In this document: positions 22,955 to 35,704 of the stretch, piece by piece
How the letters are laid out: every line of letters starts with the position of its first letter
Numbering within the stretch: position 1 is the first letter of the stretch
NCBI GenBank assembly: GCA_024704765.1
Contig: JAKMXF010000297.1
Location: 248,001-312,000, forward strand
Direction of reading: 5' to 3'
DNA from: Oopsacas minuta
Lineage: Eukaryota > Animalia > Porifera
DNA: 64,000 bases
Position numbers and translations under genes: made by a program
The notes under the pieces: generated by a model
The model's input: only the letters and a program-made list of their open reading frames with translations
Told to the model about the DNA's origin: nothing
The model's database searches: none

Positions 22955-25848
22955 ATGTCTGCTACTAAAAAGCGGAGTGAGTTCCCTTACCATATAGTAC
23001 AGAGAGTACTGCAGATAGAGAGACGAGTATTACAAGAGCGAAGTGAAAAGGGAGGTGATTTCCTAGATCAGCATCTGGAGCAAAACAACTTTCTACTCAA
23101 CGAAATCGTTGGAATTTGTAAACAGGATATTGAGAGTCGTGCTAGTCAGATGAAGCCAATTTGTCCTATTCCCTCTCTCCCTCATTGCGGTCTAGGCCGA
23201 CAGGTAAATATTCTACTTGTATGATAACTTTGTTCCTAGAATAGCTTCTGAATACACAGCTTTGAGACTCTGAAATTTTAATTTATTATGATACAGTCAA
23301 CCCCCGTTACACACGGAAATACCCGCCTATATCGAAGTCTGAAATTGTACAAATATTGTCGCAAACCGTCAATACTAACATAAATTACTTCGGTTATATC
23401 GAACATAACATCGCTGATACCTAAGTAATTTTTCAGACCCTTGAGCTTCGATATAACTAGAGTGACTACTATATCCTTGATAGTGTAAGTTGTATTATGT
23501 ATATCTATTGAAATACTATGTTATTGTAGATGCCTATTCTATACGTTATTCTTTAAAACAGGGTGTGACCTTTTCTGAGAAACCGAAAGGAGCTAACCAC
23601 AAACTGACTCCTCTCTCCCTCCCCCTGGTACCAGAGCTACCTAGATACAGCACATGGGTGAGTACTCAGCAAAACTTTCTCGTAGAGGATGAGACATTCT
23701 TGCATAATATTCCATACCTTGGAGATCATTCCCTGGAGCATGAGGGCTCCTTTATCGAGGAACTGTTGAGAAACTATGAAGGAAAACTATATGAGAACTG
23801 GCGCTTCAAACAGAAATTACTTGGAGATTCAGCTGACACAATAAGGACATTGGTAGAGAGAGTAGCAGCTGATCCTGTAATATGTGAGAGTGGCATTGAC
23901 ACATCTCTCACACCCCCTTCAGAAGAGAATAAAGACGACCTTCCTCTCCCAGTATTCAGGTTACTAGAAGCAGCTAAACCGCTCAAGTACCCTGCTAAAA
24001 TAGTAGAGATAAGATATTTCTCTTATTTCATGCATATGCCTAAAAAGAATGTAGATCCTCACTCAGAGCCTGGACCTAGTCTAGATGATCCGAATCTGCC
24101 CGCCCTCCCCAAGCAACAGCTCCTGCACTCATTCTCTACTCTCTTCTGTCGTCGTTGCTACAAATACGATTGCTTTCTTCACTCATGGACCCCTGGTCCT
24201 ATTACTCTGTCTAATCCTATTCCTGTTACCTCTTCCTCTACTCCTTGCTCTCCTAACTGCTATATGATAGCTACACAGGATAACGAGGATGTTCCTGATG
24301 CTAAGAGAATAGCTTCTACGGTAAGATTATATAGATAATAGCTAATGTAAGAGCACTCCTTAATTAATAATTTTTTTTCTAACAATTGAATCTGCTATTA
24401 ATTTGTATACAGTGTAACCTGTATGAACAGGATGCCAGGAACGCAGAAAAATGATTTTCCTCTATTTATTTTTCACTGTTTCCAGAAATTCCACGTTTCC
24501 ATAGACCCATTTGTGAAGTTTCACTGAATTATATTTCCTTTAGCAAGAGACTAATCAACACAGTCAAGCATCTACAGATCTGTCTATACCCTTACCTTCC
24601 ACTTCGATTAATATAGATTCGGAACCAGCTGATACAGATGTCCTCACGAGGGAGAGCTCCCCTGTCTCCTCCAGACACATTCCTTCTACTATGTTACCAG
24701 ATGGCTTAGACTGGAACGGACAAGATATTTCTCTCTACAATCTGCTTCAACCAACTTTTGATAAAGATTATTGTGCAATAGCTCGTCTGATTCCATCTAA
24801 GAACTGTAGAGAAGTCAGTTCATACTTATATTTATCTTAAAGATATATTTCTTATATTTTAATTCAGGTACAGGAGCTGTCAGAATACCTGCTACTAAAT
24901 CAACAGGTTGTGAACTCCCTAATGAAGAACCAGGGATGCAGCAGGGCTACTATAGCTCACAAGAAAAAGCGGAAACCCGGATACATAATACGCAAGCAGA
25001 AATCAACAAGACCAGACGGTGCTCCTGCAATATACCATCCTTACTCTCCCTGCTACCATCCTGGTTTATCCTGTGAGGAGTCTACCTGTGGGTGTGGTAG
25101 TTCTAAAACGTTTTGTGAGAAGGTTAATACAATTCTTATCTAATTCTTAATTACTAATAAATACCGTTATTCATGTTCATTATAGTTCTGTCATTGTAAT
25201 GCATCTTGTCCGAAGAGATTTCCTGGTTGTCGTTGCAAGTCATTTTGCCGTACTAAGCAATGTCCATGTTTCATAGCCGACAGAGAGTGTGATCCAGATC
25301 TGTGTAAGAACTGTGGAGCGGGCTCCCCCTTGGATTCAATACCCCCGTGTAGGAATGTGTGTATACAGAGAGGACTAAAGAAACATTTGCTACAAGCTCC
25401 CAGTGATGTAGCAGGCTGGGGTATTTTCATTAAAGAACCTGGAAATAAGAATGAATTTATTTCTGAATACTGTGGGGAGATTATTAGTCAGGTATCTACA
25501 CTTACTGAATAATTCTAATCAAAACAACGATATTATTACAATAATTGTTGTTAGGATGAAGCTGACAGACGTGGTAAAGTATACGATAAATACATGTCTA
25601 GTTTTCTATTCAATCTCAATCATGATTGTGTTGTAGACGCTACTAGGAAAGGCAATAAAATCAGATTTGCTAACCATTCTCATACTCCAAATTGCTATGC
25701 TAAGGTTATGATGGTTAATGGAGACCATAGGATCGGTATATACGCCAAACAGAGAGTTAGACCTGGAGATGAGCTATTCTTTGATTACAGATATGGCCCT
25801 AATGATACACTCAAGTTTGTCAGTATTGAGCGAGACTTCGACAATTGA
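22955..25848 (+). CDS. EZH2: Histone H3K27 methyltransferase, Enhancer of zeste family (PRC2 catalytic subunit); 6 exons (22955-23203, 23562-24320, 24544-24813, 24868-25122, 25186-25491, 25555-25848), 710 aa
   Basis: [44 protein letters not shown] (YCAIARLI), CXC domain and SET domain ([37 protein letters not shown]). All introns are GT-AG phase 0. Confidence 0.96.
23294..23471. mobile_element. Decayed TA-flanked CAGT MITE in EZH intron 1
   Basis: ta|cagtcaacccccgtt ... ttcgatataactagagtgactacta; the interior resembles ~60175-60290. Confidence 0.5.
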
Positions 25849-26063
25849 TAAGTTACTGTTCTTTCAATAAACTTAATTTAATATCTTTAATTGTATAACT
25901 TCCAATCACTTATACTATTTGTGTATTTCTTTTTACGAATTTACTGGCAATTTTCATTCTGTTTTGTGATAGCTGTCACAGAAACATATCGAAGATTAAT
26001 ATGAGGAAGTCCTGGCTTGTTTTAGTTTCTCAGATATTTTACTATTAATCTGTAGGTACTATT

Positions 26064-26288
26064 CAAGGGCGTCAGAAGGCTAAGTGGCGGTCAGGATATT
26101 GGCTTGACTGGCCTGACCGTTTGTGCCGCCCCTGTTATTCTAATACTAGTATCACTGTATCAGGCCAGGCGGAAGCAAATTGAAAGTTGTCAGGCAATTG
26201 AAAAGTGGCTCATAGAGTTGTATGGGCCAATGCAAAAAATTGGTTACTGTACTGGTTAGGTAATTACCTGTCTGGTTCCGCTGGCCTT
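26064..26288. mobile_element. Two adjacent small GC-rich MITEs (26064-26134 and 26161-26288)
   Basis: caagggcgtca / tgccgcccctg and caggccaggcggaagc / ggttccgctggcctt; the second is flanked by TAT on both sides (3-bp TSD, Harbinger-like). Confidence 0.55.
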
Positions 26289-26326
26289 TATATTGTTCCA
26301 TTTTACAAATATTAGCAATATCCGTC

Positions 26327-27592
26327 ATGCGTTTCCAATGTGAACTTCAACTAAGTTACCATAAGAACCCAACTTACAAGCCTAATAAAGGAAAAGCATA
26401 TATCTCTCTTGCTAAGAAGACTTCTCAGAGCTCATTCCACCATAACGATACTTCTCCAGTACACTATTTGGTTGTATCTAGTTGTATAGGTTCTAGGCTA
26501 CATGACACGAGATATAAATTAGATGAAAATATACTTAACATAAATAAGAAATTTTGTATGCACGGAATGACAACATTAAAACTGTTGGAGCCTCCTCACA
26601 CTCTAAGCATTAGTAAAGCTAAGCCTGAATATATTCAAAAGCTAGTACGTATTATTGAAATGATACAACGTGAAGAGATGGCGTTTAGCGATGAATTCGA
26701 GCCTCTATCTGCAATGCGTCCTATAAAACTAAAAGACCTCAAAGCTAATCCCACCTCCATGAATATTTATGATAAGGAGAAATACCCACTAACTACCTTA
26801 CCTCAATCTCTATTGAAATTCACTGCTTCAAATACAAAATTATTTAAATTTGATCTCCGATTAACACGTCTCAAAAATCTGAACGAATTAAATTTATCTT
26901 CGAATTTTATCAAAACTCTACCAGATTGTATTAATGAAATGAGACTTACTAGTTTGATATTAGAGAACAATAAATTAGAGTGTTTACCTGAAGCGTTCGG
27001 TACAGGTCTACTAGCGAATCACCTAACTCTACTTGATCTATCTCATAATGAAATATCTGCTCTTCGAATGGAGTTCTATGGATTTAGTGAACTACGCACT
27101 TTGGATATTTCCTCTAACCTTATCACTGAGCTGCACCCAAATCTGCAATTATTTCAAAAAATAAGGGATCTCATTCTTCAATCTAATCAACTTAAATCTA
27201 TTCCTATCTCCATTTACAAACTCAAGAATTTGGGGGTATTAGATCTAACTCAAAATCCATTCATAGTTGAAGGTGTAAAGTCTAATCATGGTAACGTTTC
27301 ATTGCCTCCTCTCTTCGAGCTTGCATTTAGAAAACTTAAATCCAATCCTAAAATTATTAAACTTTTCAGGGATAATATACCTCCTCTATTGCTTAAGAAG
27401 CTGGACGCTGGTATACAGTGTGCTTGTGGCAGATACTTCTATAACACTTTCCTTACTTTTTATTCTCGCCAAAAATTTGACTTGAGATGTGACAAGATTT
27501 ACTTGTCTCAGAAATCGCAGATTACTGTTGAGATTCCCCTCTGCATGTCAAAATGTATAAAAATGGTAGAACAGTACAAAGCGAGCTACTAA
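26327..27592 (+). CDS. LRR1: Leucine-rich repeat protein 1 (CRL2 substrate receptor), intronless
   Basis: N-terminal MRFQCELQ...RYKLDENI..I.KKF...G.TT.KL.EPP.TL.ISKA, KEKYPLT.LPQSL, LRRs, C-terminal CACGR. Confidence 0.88.
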   Translation: MRFQCELQLSYHKNPTYKPNKGKAYISLAKKTSQSSFHHNDTSPVHYLVVSSCIGSRLHDTRYKLDENILNINKKFCMHGMTTLKLLEPPHTLSISKAKPEYIQKLVRIIEMIQREEMAFSDEFEPLSAMRPIKLKDLKANPTSMNIYDKEKYPLTTLPQSLLKFTASNTKLFKFDLRLTRLKNLNELNLSSNFIKTLPDCINEMRLTSLILENNKLECLPEAFGTGLLANHLTLLDLSHNEISALRMEFYGFSELRTLDISSNLITELHPNLQLFQKIRDLILQSNQLKSIPISIYKLKNLGVLDLTQNPFIVEGVKSNHGNVSLPPLFELAFRKLKSNPKIIKLFRDNIPPLLLKKLDAGIQCACGRYFYNTFLTFYSRQKFDLRCDKIYLSQKSQITVEIPLCMSKCIKMVEQYKASY

Positions 27593-28612
27593 TTATTGTT
27601 TCAAATAATACACTTTATTCAGACAACTTATTCTATTCAATTTGAATTATTAATGAAGTTAATTTCCTTAATTAGCTAACATTCTCGTATTTCACTTATC
27701 ACTATTATGGAATTATCCATATCGAATTTATCTATAATTTATCCTTGTATCGTATCTGTTTGTAGTGGAATCTTGTGCATAGTAAGCAAAGGAATTTTCT
27801 ATTTCCATTTTGATTTTAGTTTTTTGCATTTTTACATAATTCTTATTCAGTAACGAGCCGCTTCGCTTGCTCGCGCTGCACGGCATGTGAACACAAAGTG
27901 TAAAATTGCAAAATTGAATTAATAAATTAATATCTGAAATATTTGCTTACTTTCGAATTAATCAAATGTAAATTTTTGTTGTTTTTATGAATATAAAGTA
28001 AACAAATAGTTGAAATCTCGAAATATTCATAGAGACTTGCTCTCGACAGACATATAGAGGTAATCAGCAGGCTGAATCCGATTTTCGCATTTTCAAGTTT
28101 CTCATATGTAAATTTATTGTTTTTTATGAGTGTAAAAATTGGGATCAGCATACTCGATTACCCCATAAAATTGTTTACTTTTCCTATATCGTCAACAGAA
28201 GGATATGTTATTCCCTATATTATATACGCAGATCATCTTCCCCTGTCATTATAATACAAAGTGAACAAACAAACAAACAATTAACACAAACACACAATGA
28301 TTGAGTTTTGATAATATAGATTTCTAAATGACAATCACAGAAATTTTCTGGACATTCTTTGTATTAATTAATTAATTTGATCAACCAAAAAGTGGGACAA
28401 TCTACTTTGTACACATTTTTGGTAAAATATAGCATCCATTCCTATCCGAAATTCGGGACCTCCTGACAACGTGTGTATGTTACTAATTAATTATACAAGC
28501 TGATTTTACTTTATAGTGTACAAGTATCGATATATAGATATCATATAATAGTAGTATACTCAAATTATACAATTCTACTTATTAAATCACTTTAACATAG
28601 TTCGAATAAGAA

Positions 28613-28987
28613 ATGAGTGAAATACCCAATGAACAACCACGTTATTCCATCCGTCCACATTTCAGCCAGAAGTTCCGCCCTATAGAACTACAAGAGCTTT
28701 TAAATACTACTCTCCGAGAAGAGCTAGATGACAAGGAGTATAGCTCAGAAACTGTTCCTTCACTGACAAAAGAGATCAGTGATCAAATACGTGAGAAGTT
28801 CAAACAACTAGACTTACCCCGATACAAGATATTAGTACAGGTTATCATAGGGGAGGCTAGAGGGGGTGGGGTCAAGATTGCAGCTAGATGCTTCTGGGAC
28901 AATGATACTGATTCCTATCTAACTGCTCACTACATGTCTAAATCGATTTTCGCAGTAGCAACTGTATTTGGAGTTTATTATTACTGA
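28613..28987 (+). CDS. TCTEX1D2: Tctex1-domain dynein light chain (TCTEX1D2/DYNLT2B type)
   Basis: YSIRPHFSQKFRP, RYKILVQVIIGE.RG.GV, ARCFWDNDTDSY, VFGVYYY end. Confidence 0.9.
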   Translation: MSEIPNEQPRYSIRPHFSQKFRPIELQELLNTTLREELDDKEYSSETVPSLTKEISDQIREKFKQLDLPRYKILVQVIIGEARGGGVKIAARCFWDNDTDSYLTAHYMSKSIFAVATVFGVYYY

Positions 28988-29106
28988 ACTCTATCTGCAC
29001 CTGTATTGTATCACTTCATTTGATTGGCTATATTTACAGAATAGTTACAATCAAACGTATTAATATTTGTATAATCTTTCATTTATGACTCGAATTAGTA
29101 TATGCT

Positions 29107-30030
29107 ATGGCAGAGTCAGATAATGGTGCTATTACACTTCCAAATTCCGAGAATATAACCCAGGGAGTGTGGAAGATCGATGGAGATGTATTTCCGTTCT
29201 ATCTTTCAAAAAAACGCCTTCAAGAAATATCAACATTCCAGCTTAGACCTAGTGATATATTTGTAGTCACTCATCCTAAGTCTGGTACTACATGGGTACA
29301 ATCTATTGTTCAAGTTTTGAAATCTCACAATGAAATAGTTCAGCAGTTAGACTCGTTACAACCCTTTCTCGAACTACCTCTAGTTAGCAGTAGTGAAGAG
29401 GGAGACAAGCTACCGATTGCACCATTCTACTACACACACTCATTCATTGATAATCTTGCTGACCCTAGGATATTTAAATCTCATCTCAGCTTCAAATACA
29501 TTCCTTTTAACCAAGAGTGTAAGTATATTTATACATATAGAAATCCTAAAGATGTCGCTGTGTCAGATTACTATTACTCTAAGGGTATGAAGTTCCTTAG
29601 TTATAAAGGCTCTTTTGATGAGTATTTAGATATGTTCATGCGTGGAGAGCTCGGCCATGGACTGTGGTATGAGCATGTATTGAGTTGGTGGGCTAACAGG
29701 CATAGACCAAATGTATTGATTATCTCGTATGAATCACTGAAACTCAATTTTAAAGATACTGTTAGTAAAATTGGTAATTTCTTGGGATTCAAAGTTTCTG
29801 AGGAAATTGTAAATTTGGTATATAAGTATACAAAGTTTGATTCTATGAAGACTAACCAATTTGTAAATAAATCGGTTATTCCTTGGAACACAGATTCTCC
29901 TGCCTTCATAAGGAAGGGTAAGATAGGTGATTGGAAGGATCACTTTACTCCTAAGCAGAATACTAAGTTTGAGAATTGGTACAGAACTCCATTAGAAGGT
30001 TCAGGACTGTTAGAAGAATTGGTTTTTTAA
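29107..30030 (+). CDS. Cytosolic sulfotransferase (SULT1-like), intronless
   Basis: 5'-PSB loop THPKSGTTW, catalytic KSHL, 3'-PB YRNPKDVAVS, RKGKIGDWKDHFT. Confidence 0.93.
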   Translation: MAESDNGAITLPNSENITQGVWKIDGDVFPFYLSKKRLQEISTFQLRPSDIFVVTHPKSGTTWVQSIVQVLKSHNEIVQQLDSLQPFLELPLVSSSEEGDKLPIAPFYYTHSFIDNLADPRIFKSHLSFKYIPFNQECKYIYTYRNPKDVAVSDYYYSKGMKFLSYKGSFDEYLDMFMRGELGHGLWYEHVLSWWANRHRPNVLIISYESLKLNFKDTVSKIGNFLGFKVSEEIVNLVYKYTKFDSMKTNQFVNKSVIPWNTDSPAFIRKGKIGDWKDHFTPKQNTKFENWYRTPLEGSGLLEELVF

Positions 30031-30371
30031 ATTCTGAGTAACATTATAAAAAGACAAGGTTTGTGCATAGCATTCTATGGTTTGTGTTTTGATATACAGT
30101 TGTATCTGAACATATTTGCAATTTTATTTTCCCTTAAGGTTGGAGATACTGAGTGTTAAGTCATTTTGATTTTTCCATTATTGAAGACAGTTATTCTCAT
30201 GTTATTTGCTACATATCTATGTCATGTATTGTCCCATCACGTATATACAAGTTTAATTCTATTATCTTATACATCTTATACGAGTTATATGTTTATGACA
30301 TTTTGAGTGAATTACTGTTAGACCCGATCTCTTATCTTATGCGAAAGAGGCTATCTTACTTATTCTGGCAA

Positions 30372-31944
30372 ATGTCTCAAAGCAGTAAACTAACACCTGT
30401 CACTCCTGTACAAACACGACTTTCTACCTTTTTTATTACCTCACCATCTTCTGGAGGTTCCTCAAGCTGTAGAAAGAGACCATTATCTAGTGATTCTATC
30501 TCTCCCTCCCCCCCTATACGACAACAATGTTCTCCACTATCCAAACAATTAAAGATGTCACAATCTAGTGACGTAGTATTAATCAGCTCACAACCTGACC
30601 ATGACCTAGATCCTGAGTTACCTACAACTAAACAGGATTCTGATACAGAAGTTATGAGTGAGGAACAGCTTAAACAAATTCAGCTCAGGAGAGAGGAAGC
30701 TGCCAAGAAGAGACAAGTTTCCTTATTCACATATGGAATGGATTCGAGCTGGAAATCAGCACTGAAAGATGATTTGTCTAAACCTTATTTCCGCGAATTG
30801 ATAGAGTTTGTAGAGAATGAGCGTAGCAGAGGATCTGTGTATCCTCCTCCACAGGACGTGTTCTCATGGAGCAAACACTGTCATATACAAGATGTTAGAG
30901 TAGTAGTATTGGGACAAGATCCGTATCACGGCCCTTCTCAGGCTCACGGGCTGTGTTTCAGTGTAAATCCTGGAGTACAGATTCCTCCCAGTCTCCTTAA
31001 TATATACAAAGAGCTAAAGAGCGATATATCCGAATTTGAAGCTCCTAAGCATGGTAATCTGGTCAGCTGGGCTGAACAGGTAATTTTTTTATTTCATCAA
31101 TAATTATTGAATGATGATTTTCAAGGTGGTTATGTAATGCTTTGTTATGAACTTTGGTTAATGGTTTCATACTGGAAACAATGCTTACATTGTGATACAG
31201 ACAAGTATGTATATACTCAATGCATTTCGATGTTTTCAACCACTATCAGATGAAATGCTTTCAAAACAGTTATTTACATGCACCTGCAGGTGTAATCTAA
31301 ATAATACATACAATATACATACTAGGGTAGCTGATTCCTAGGATAAACCCTCCTAACACATTTAGACTGTCAATATATATATAATTCTTTCTATAGGGGG
31401 TTCTCCTACTCAACGCTTGTCTTACAGTGAGAGCACGAGAAGCTAATTCACACAAACAGAAAGGCTGGGAGAAGTTCACAGATGCAATCGTTCAATGGAT
31501 TAACAAGAATTTGAACGGAGTAGTGTTTCTACTATGGGGAAAGCCTGCTCAGGAAAAAGGTAATGCTGGAGTATAAATTTATAGATTAAAACTAACAAAG
31601 GACTAAATACATAGTTGACTCCGCTTAATTGGCTGACTCTGGGACCAGGCCATATTGGAATCAAGGTGTTGGCCACTCACCTGGCCAGATTAACTGGTGA
31701 TACAAGATTAACACCTGTATATACTTTACTGTGAAAGTATTTGAATTAATACACTTAATTTGGTATAGGTTCTGCTATTAATGGCAAAAAACACTATGTG
31801 CTTCGTTGTGCACATCCCTCTCCTTTGTCAGCTGACAGAGGCTTCTTCGGGTGCAAACATTTCTCAAAAACGAATACTTACTTGGAAAATAATGGTAAAA
31901 GAGCTATTATTTGGAACAGCTTAGCTGGATCTTCTAAACAATAA
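30372..31944 (+). CDS. UNG: Uracil-DNA glycosylase (UNG2-like); exons 30372-31079, 31397-31559, 31769-31944
   Basis: PIP box [11 protein letters not shown]-binding-like helix SEEQLKQIQ, catalytic GQDPYHG, GVLLLNA, VFLLWG, HPSPLS. True ATG at 30372. Confidence 0.95.
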
Positions 31945-32242
31945 TGAATTTGTTTATTTAGAGATTCTACGAAATGGTAATGTTTACAAATCATAGATAA
32001 TATTCACATATATTTTGAATAGTAAGTTTTACACTTTTAAACTTTCTATCAATTCTTATTTCCTAATTTGTGTGTGTGTGTGTTACGTAGCTGTTTTATT
32101 CTAATTTCTTCATTTTTTGCTGACTTATTCACAATTTGATACTTCTCTATTTTACTTGTGTTTTTCTAATTGTGTAACTGATCACAGTTTCCATCGGAAT
32201 TAGTTTTGCTTGGTGACTAAGAGCATATAGCTAATATATAAT

Positions 32243-33238
32243 ATGGCATCTGAAAGTTCTTCTCAGCTGGACCCGAATAGCTCTCTCCTCACTCAACGCG
32301 TGCTTCTCGCTACTGCAGGCTATGATCATAGTATTCGTCTATGGGAGCCTCACACTGGGTTATGTCAGAGAAGCTTACCACATCCAGACTCACACGTAAA
32401 TTCACTCGAGTTTACTCCTGACAGAGCTAAACTGGCCGCTGGTGCTCACCAAGCTGTGAGGATATTTGACATAGAATCTTCTAACTCTACTCCTTTCGTC
32501 CGATATGAGGGGTTTCACAAGAACGTCATGTGTCTTGGATTCTGTGAGGATGGACGTTGGATGTTCACTGGAGGTGAAGATGGGAACGCTCGCATTTGGG
32601 ACCTACGTATGGCTGTAACTAATGAACTCCAATGTCAACGAGTATATAAGATTGGTACTTCTATAAACTGTGTGTTCCTGCACCCTAATCAAGCAGAATT
32701 AGTGCTAGGAGATCAGCTGGGTACGGTACACCTATGGGATCTTAACACAGACAGTGTAGAGAAGCTAGTTCCTGATTCAACACCCAGTGACCGTTACAAT
32801 AAATCTATACAAGGCACATGTGTAGATATGGATGCTGTATTTCTGGCTAGTGTAGATACACGTGGTCATTGCTATGTATGGAGTCTCAATCAACAGTCAG
32901 GAGAAAGGAAGGTAGCTCTGCGCAAAGACTTCGATGCACACTCAGGCTACGCGTTGAAATGTCTGTTTAGTCCAGACAGTAGTCTGCTAGCTACCACCTC
33001 CTCCACTGGAGAGATCAAGCTATGGAGTACAGTTAATTTTATGATTAAGAACGTGTTGAAATGCAAAGGACAAAGGTGGGTATGGGACTGCGCCTTCACC
33101 CGAGACTCTCAGTATATAGTCACTGCTTCTAGCGACGGTATTGCACGTCTATGGGATACAGAGCAGGGACAGCTCAAGAGAGAATATGCAGGACATGACA
33201 AAGCTATCGTATGCTTAGCTTTCAATGATGATGTATAA
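32243..33238 (+). CDS. MLST8: Target of rapamycin complex subunit LST8 (WD40), intronless
   Basis: LATAGYDHSIRLW, FCEDGRWMFTGGEDG.ARIWDLR, QRWVWDCAF..DSQYIVTASSD, HDKAIVCLAFND. Confidence 0.95.
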   Translation: MASESSSQLDPNSSLLTQRVLLATAGYDHSIRLWEPHTGLCQRSLPHPDSHVNSLEFTPDRAKLAAGAHQAVRIFDIESSNSTPFVRYEGFHKNVMCLGFCEDGRWMFTGGEDGNARIWDLRMAVTNELQCQRVYKIGTSINCVFLHPNQAELVLGDQLGTVHLWDLNTDSVEKLVPDSTPSDRYNKSIQGTCVDMDAVFLASVDTRGHCYVWSLNQQSGERKVALRKDFDAHSGYALKCLFSPDSSLLATTSSTGEIKLWSTVNFMIKNVLKCKGQRWVWDCAFTRDSQYIVTASSDGIARLWDTEQGQLKREYAGHDKAIVCLAFNDDV

Positions 33239-33459
33239 TTTATTCACTTTTAAGTTATCAATTGTCTAATTTTCTTTTAATTAATCTAAATAAATGTATG
33301 TATAGTCCGTTCTGAGGTAAATTTTAATTTATTCAAATACATATCATGTTACAATGGGGAAATTAACCGAATAATTATACAAATTCTGTTACAAACACTC
33401 AGGTGCTTAATTACGTAAATATATATTCATTACTGGTAATGTAGAAGCAAGGTACTACA

Positions 33460-35175
33460 TTATGTGGACATACTTCTCTCCCTAGAAAACTTAGCCTTAG
33501 GTTTTGATGAAATCTTTGGCTTACCCAAGATATCTCTATGTTTATGCTCATCGAACTGACCAACTGTCGAAATGGAATCTTCGAACAGTACTCCCGACTC
33601 CACGCTATGTCTCAGGTATCTTTTAGCTTCTATTCCGATTGGAAGTGAGATTCCACGATTTGCTAAGTTTGAGATTATTTGTGGATCCTTACTGACGTAG
33701 CTATATGTACAATTCTGTGCTACGCTATCATCTGGTACTTGATCTACAGTTAAATCAGTTTTAGCTCTTAGTATACGAGCTACGAACGCAGGATACTCGT
33801 ATTCTACACTATTTTGAGGCTGTAAAGGCTTATCCACCATTCCAGTAATCTGAGTCATATCATTCTTATTAACATCTTGTCTCATTGGATGTTCATTTGA
33901 CGTAGCTTTAAGCCCATTACGAACTGACACGTAGCTATACATACCTACTGACCCTATGATATTGTCTATAGAGTTATACCAATCCACGCATTCTGTCTCA
34001 TTTTCAAAACGGAAGGAATATGTAGCCTCACCTTTGATTAATTCAAAATACTGGTTCTTTTCATTTTTTAGCCGATAGCCTGCACTTAAGTCAAGTACAT
34101 GCTCAGCTGTTTGGTCATTTAACTCCCGTCCTAATAAAATATTGATACCAGAGAGACAGCAATACCTTGCACCTATTGCTTTATTGTTTACTTTAAGCTT
34201 AATCTTGGTAACTTTGGAAAACTCGCGTGCGTTGGAGGACATTATCATATTCTTATCTACCTCTTGAATCTTGAGATAGCCAGAATCATCTTTCAGGTCC
34301 GCGTCCGTTAGAGGTATATGTACGATACTAAGAGAAAATATCTCAAATCACGGTCTGTGCCGACGTAATTTTTTATTTTTCTAAATTTATACTATTGTTT
34401 ACTTTAATTTTATAAAATCAACAATAAATGTAAACATTTCAGCTTTTTTTTCCATTTGAAAAGTGTCGTAGGAGAAATTGGAAAGCCATCGGTTAACTCG
34501 AACGGATTTTTATTTTCCCTGAGGTTCGAGTTACCGGATGTGGACTGTATATATTTCAAGTATATGAATACTTACTCCTTTGCGGAAAGTATCTTTTCAT
34601 CGCTCTTAGATCTGTTCTTCAGCTGCCCAAATAGAGATTTCTTCCCCTTTTTTGTTTGAGAAGTTATGTCTTCAGTACCTATCTGAAAGATACATTTGTA
34701 AACAACTGAGTTTATTTGTATTTCTACTTTTGAAATATTTTTGTTATCATAAATTTCAGGATACACTCCATATGCTCACCGAATCATTCTTCTTTAATGG
34801 GCGATTTTTTGATATCTTCGCCTCTTGTTGCTTCCACACTGGTGGCAATATTGGTGCTGACAGTTGTATCTTAGTAACTTTCTTTTTGTCAGACTTTGTA
34901 TCTGCATTTTTAGTAGAGTTCCTCTCCCATTTCTCTATAAGCTCTTCAAAAATGTAATACACTTCATCCAACTTTCTTTTCAACTCATTGCTGTCTAGAT
35001 TTATTTTTACCTTTTCCAGGAAGTTTACACCAGCTAAAATGAAAATATTTGAATTAAATGATTAATTAAAATATGCAGATAATTTATTTATCCCTGCCCA
35101 GAAATAACGAAATACAATCAAATGATACTCACTCTTTAGAGCAGTAAGGGTCTCTTCCTTTAATTCTGTACTCAT
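33460..35175 (-). CDS. PH-domain adaptor-like protein with Tyr motifs; exons 35175-35133, 35033-34780, 34682-34576, 34327-33460 (about 423 aa)
   Basis: Four phase-compatible GT-AG exons; PH signature YSFRFENETECVDWYNSI; YSYV twice and YEYP in the tail. Confidence 0.65.
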
Positions 35176-35518
35176 GGTATACTTCTACGATCTTTGATTT
35201 TTGTTTTGACTTTTGATAACTACTAAAATGTGACTTCATTTATACTCTTTACTCAGTCATATCAAGGACTGTAAGCAAATTTCCCAATAATTATCTGGTA
35301 TCACCTTAGTACATATTCACAAAATGTGGTAAAGATGTAAAATGTCCATACCATTAGCGGGTTGTACTTTCGATTGCTATAATGAAATTATAATTATAAT
35401 TATTATAAACCACTTTATAAATGAAACTGGCCTGCAACTTGGCCTAGATAGAGGTAGATTACCTGAGTGAATTGACACCGGATTTATTTTCATCGATTCA
35501 GTACAAAGTTTTAGTATA

Positions 35519-35704
35519 CAGTGGAACCGTCACAAGTTATTAAGACATTCCTCGCTCCTGATGCGGGGAATGTCTTAATAACGAAGCTAAAATATGTTTC
35601 AACTACATTAATCATAATGCAAATGAACCTCTGTAAGCGGGAAAGCGGGGTGCGAAGCACTCAATCTTGAGGACCCAACCTCCCCGCTTAGAGAGGTTCC
35701 ACTG
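35519..35704. mobile_element. CAGT-ended MITE with an internal 15-bp stem
   Basis: ta|cagtggaacc ... ggttccactg; inner ttattaagacattcc / ggaatgtcttaataa. Confidence 0.7.

Noticed and set aside
30153-30371. TTG/GTG-initiated N-terminal extensions in the ORF track (UNG, NIP7, URAH, ZDHHC, astacin A, MGLL-upstream ORF)
   Set aside because: AT-rich non-coding sequence that happens to be open; homology begins at the downstream ATG in each case.
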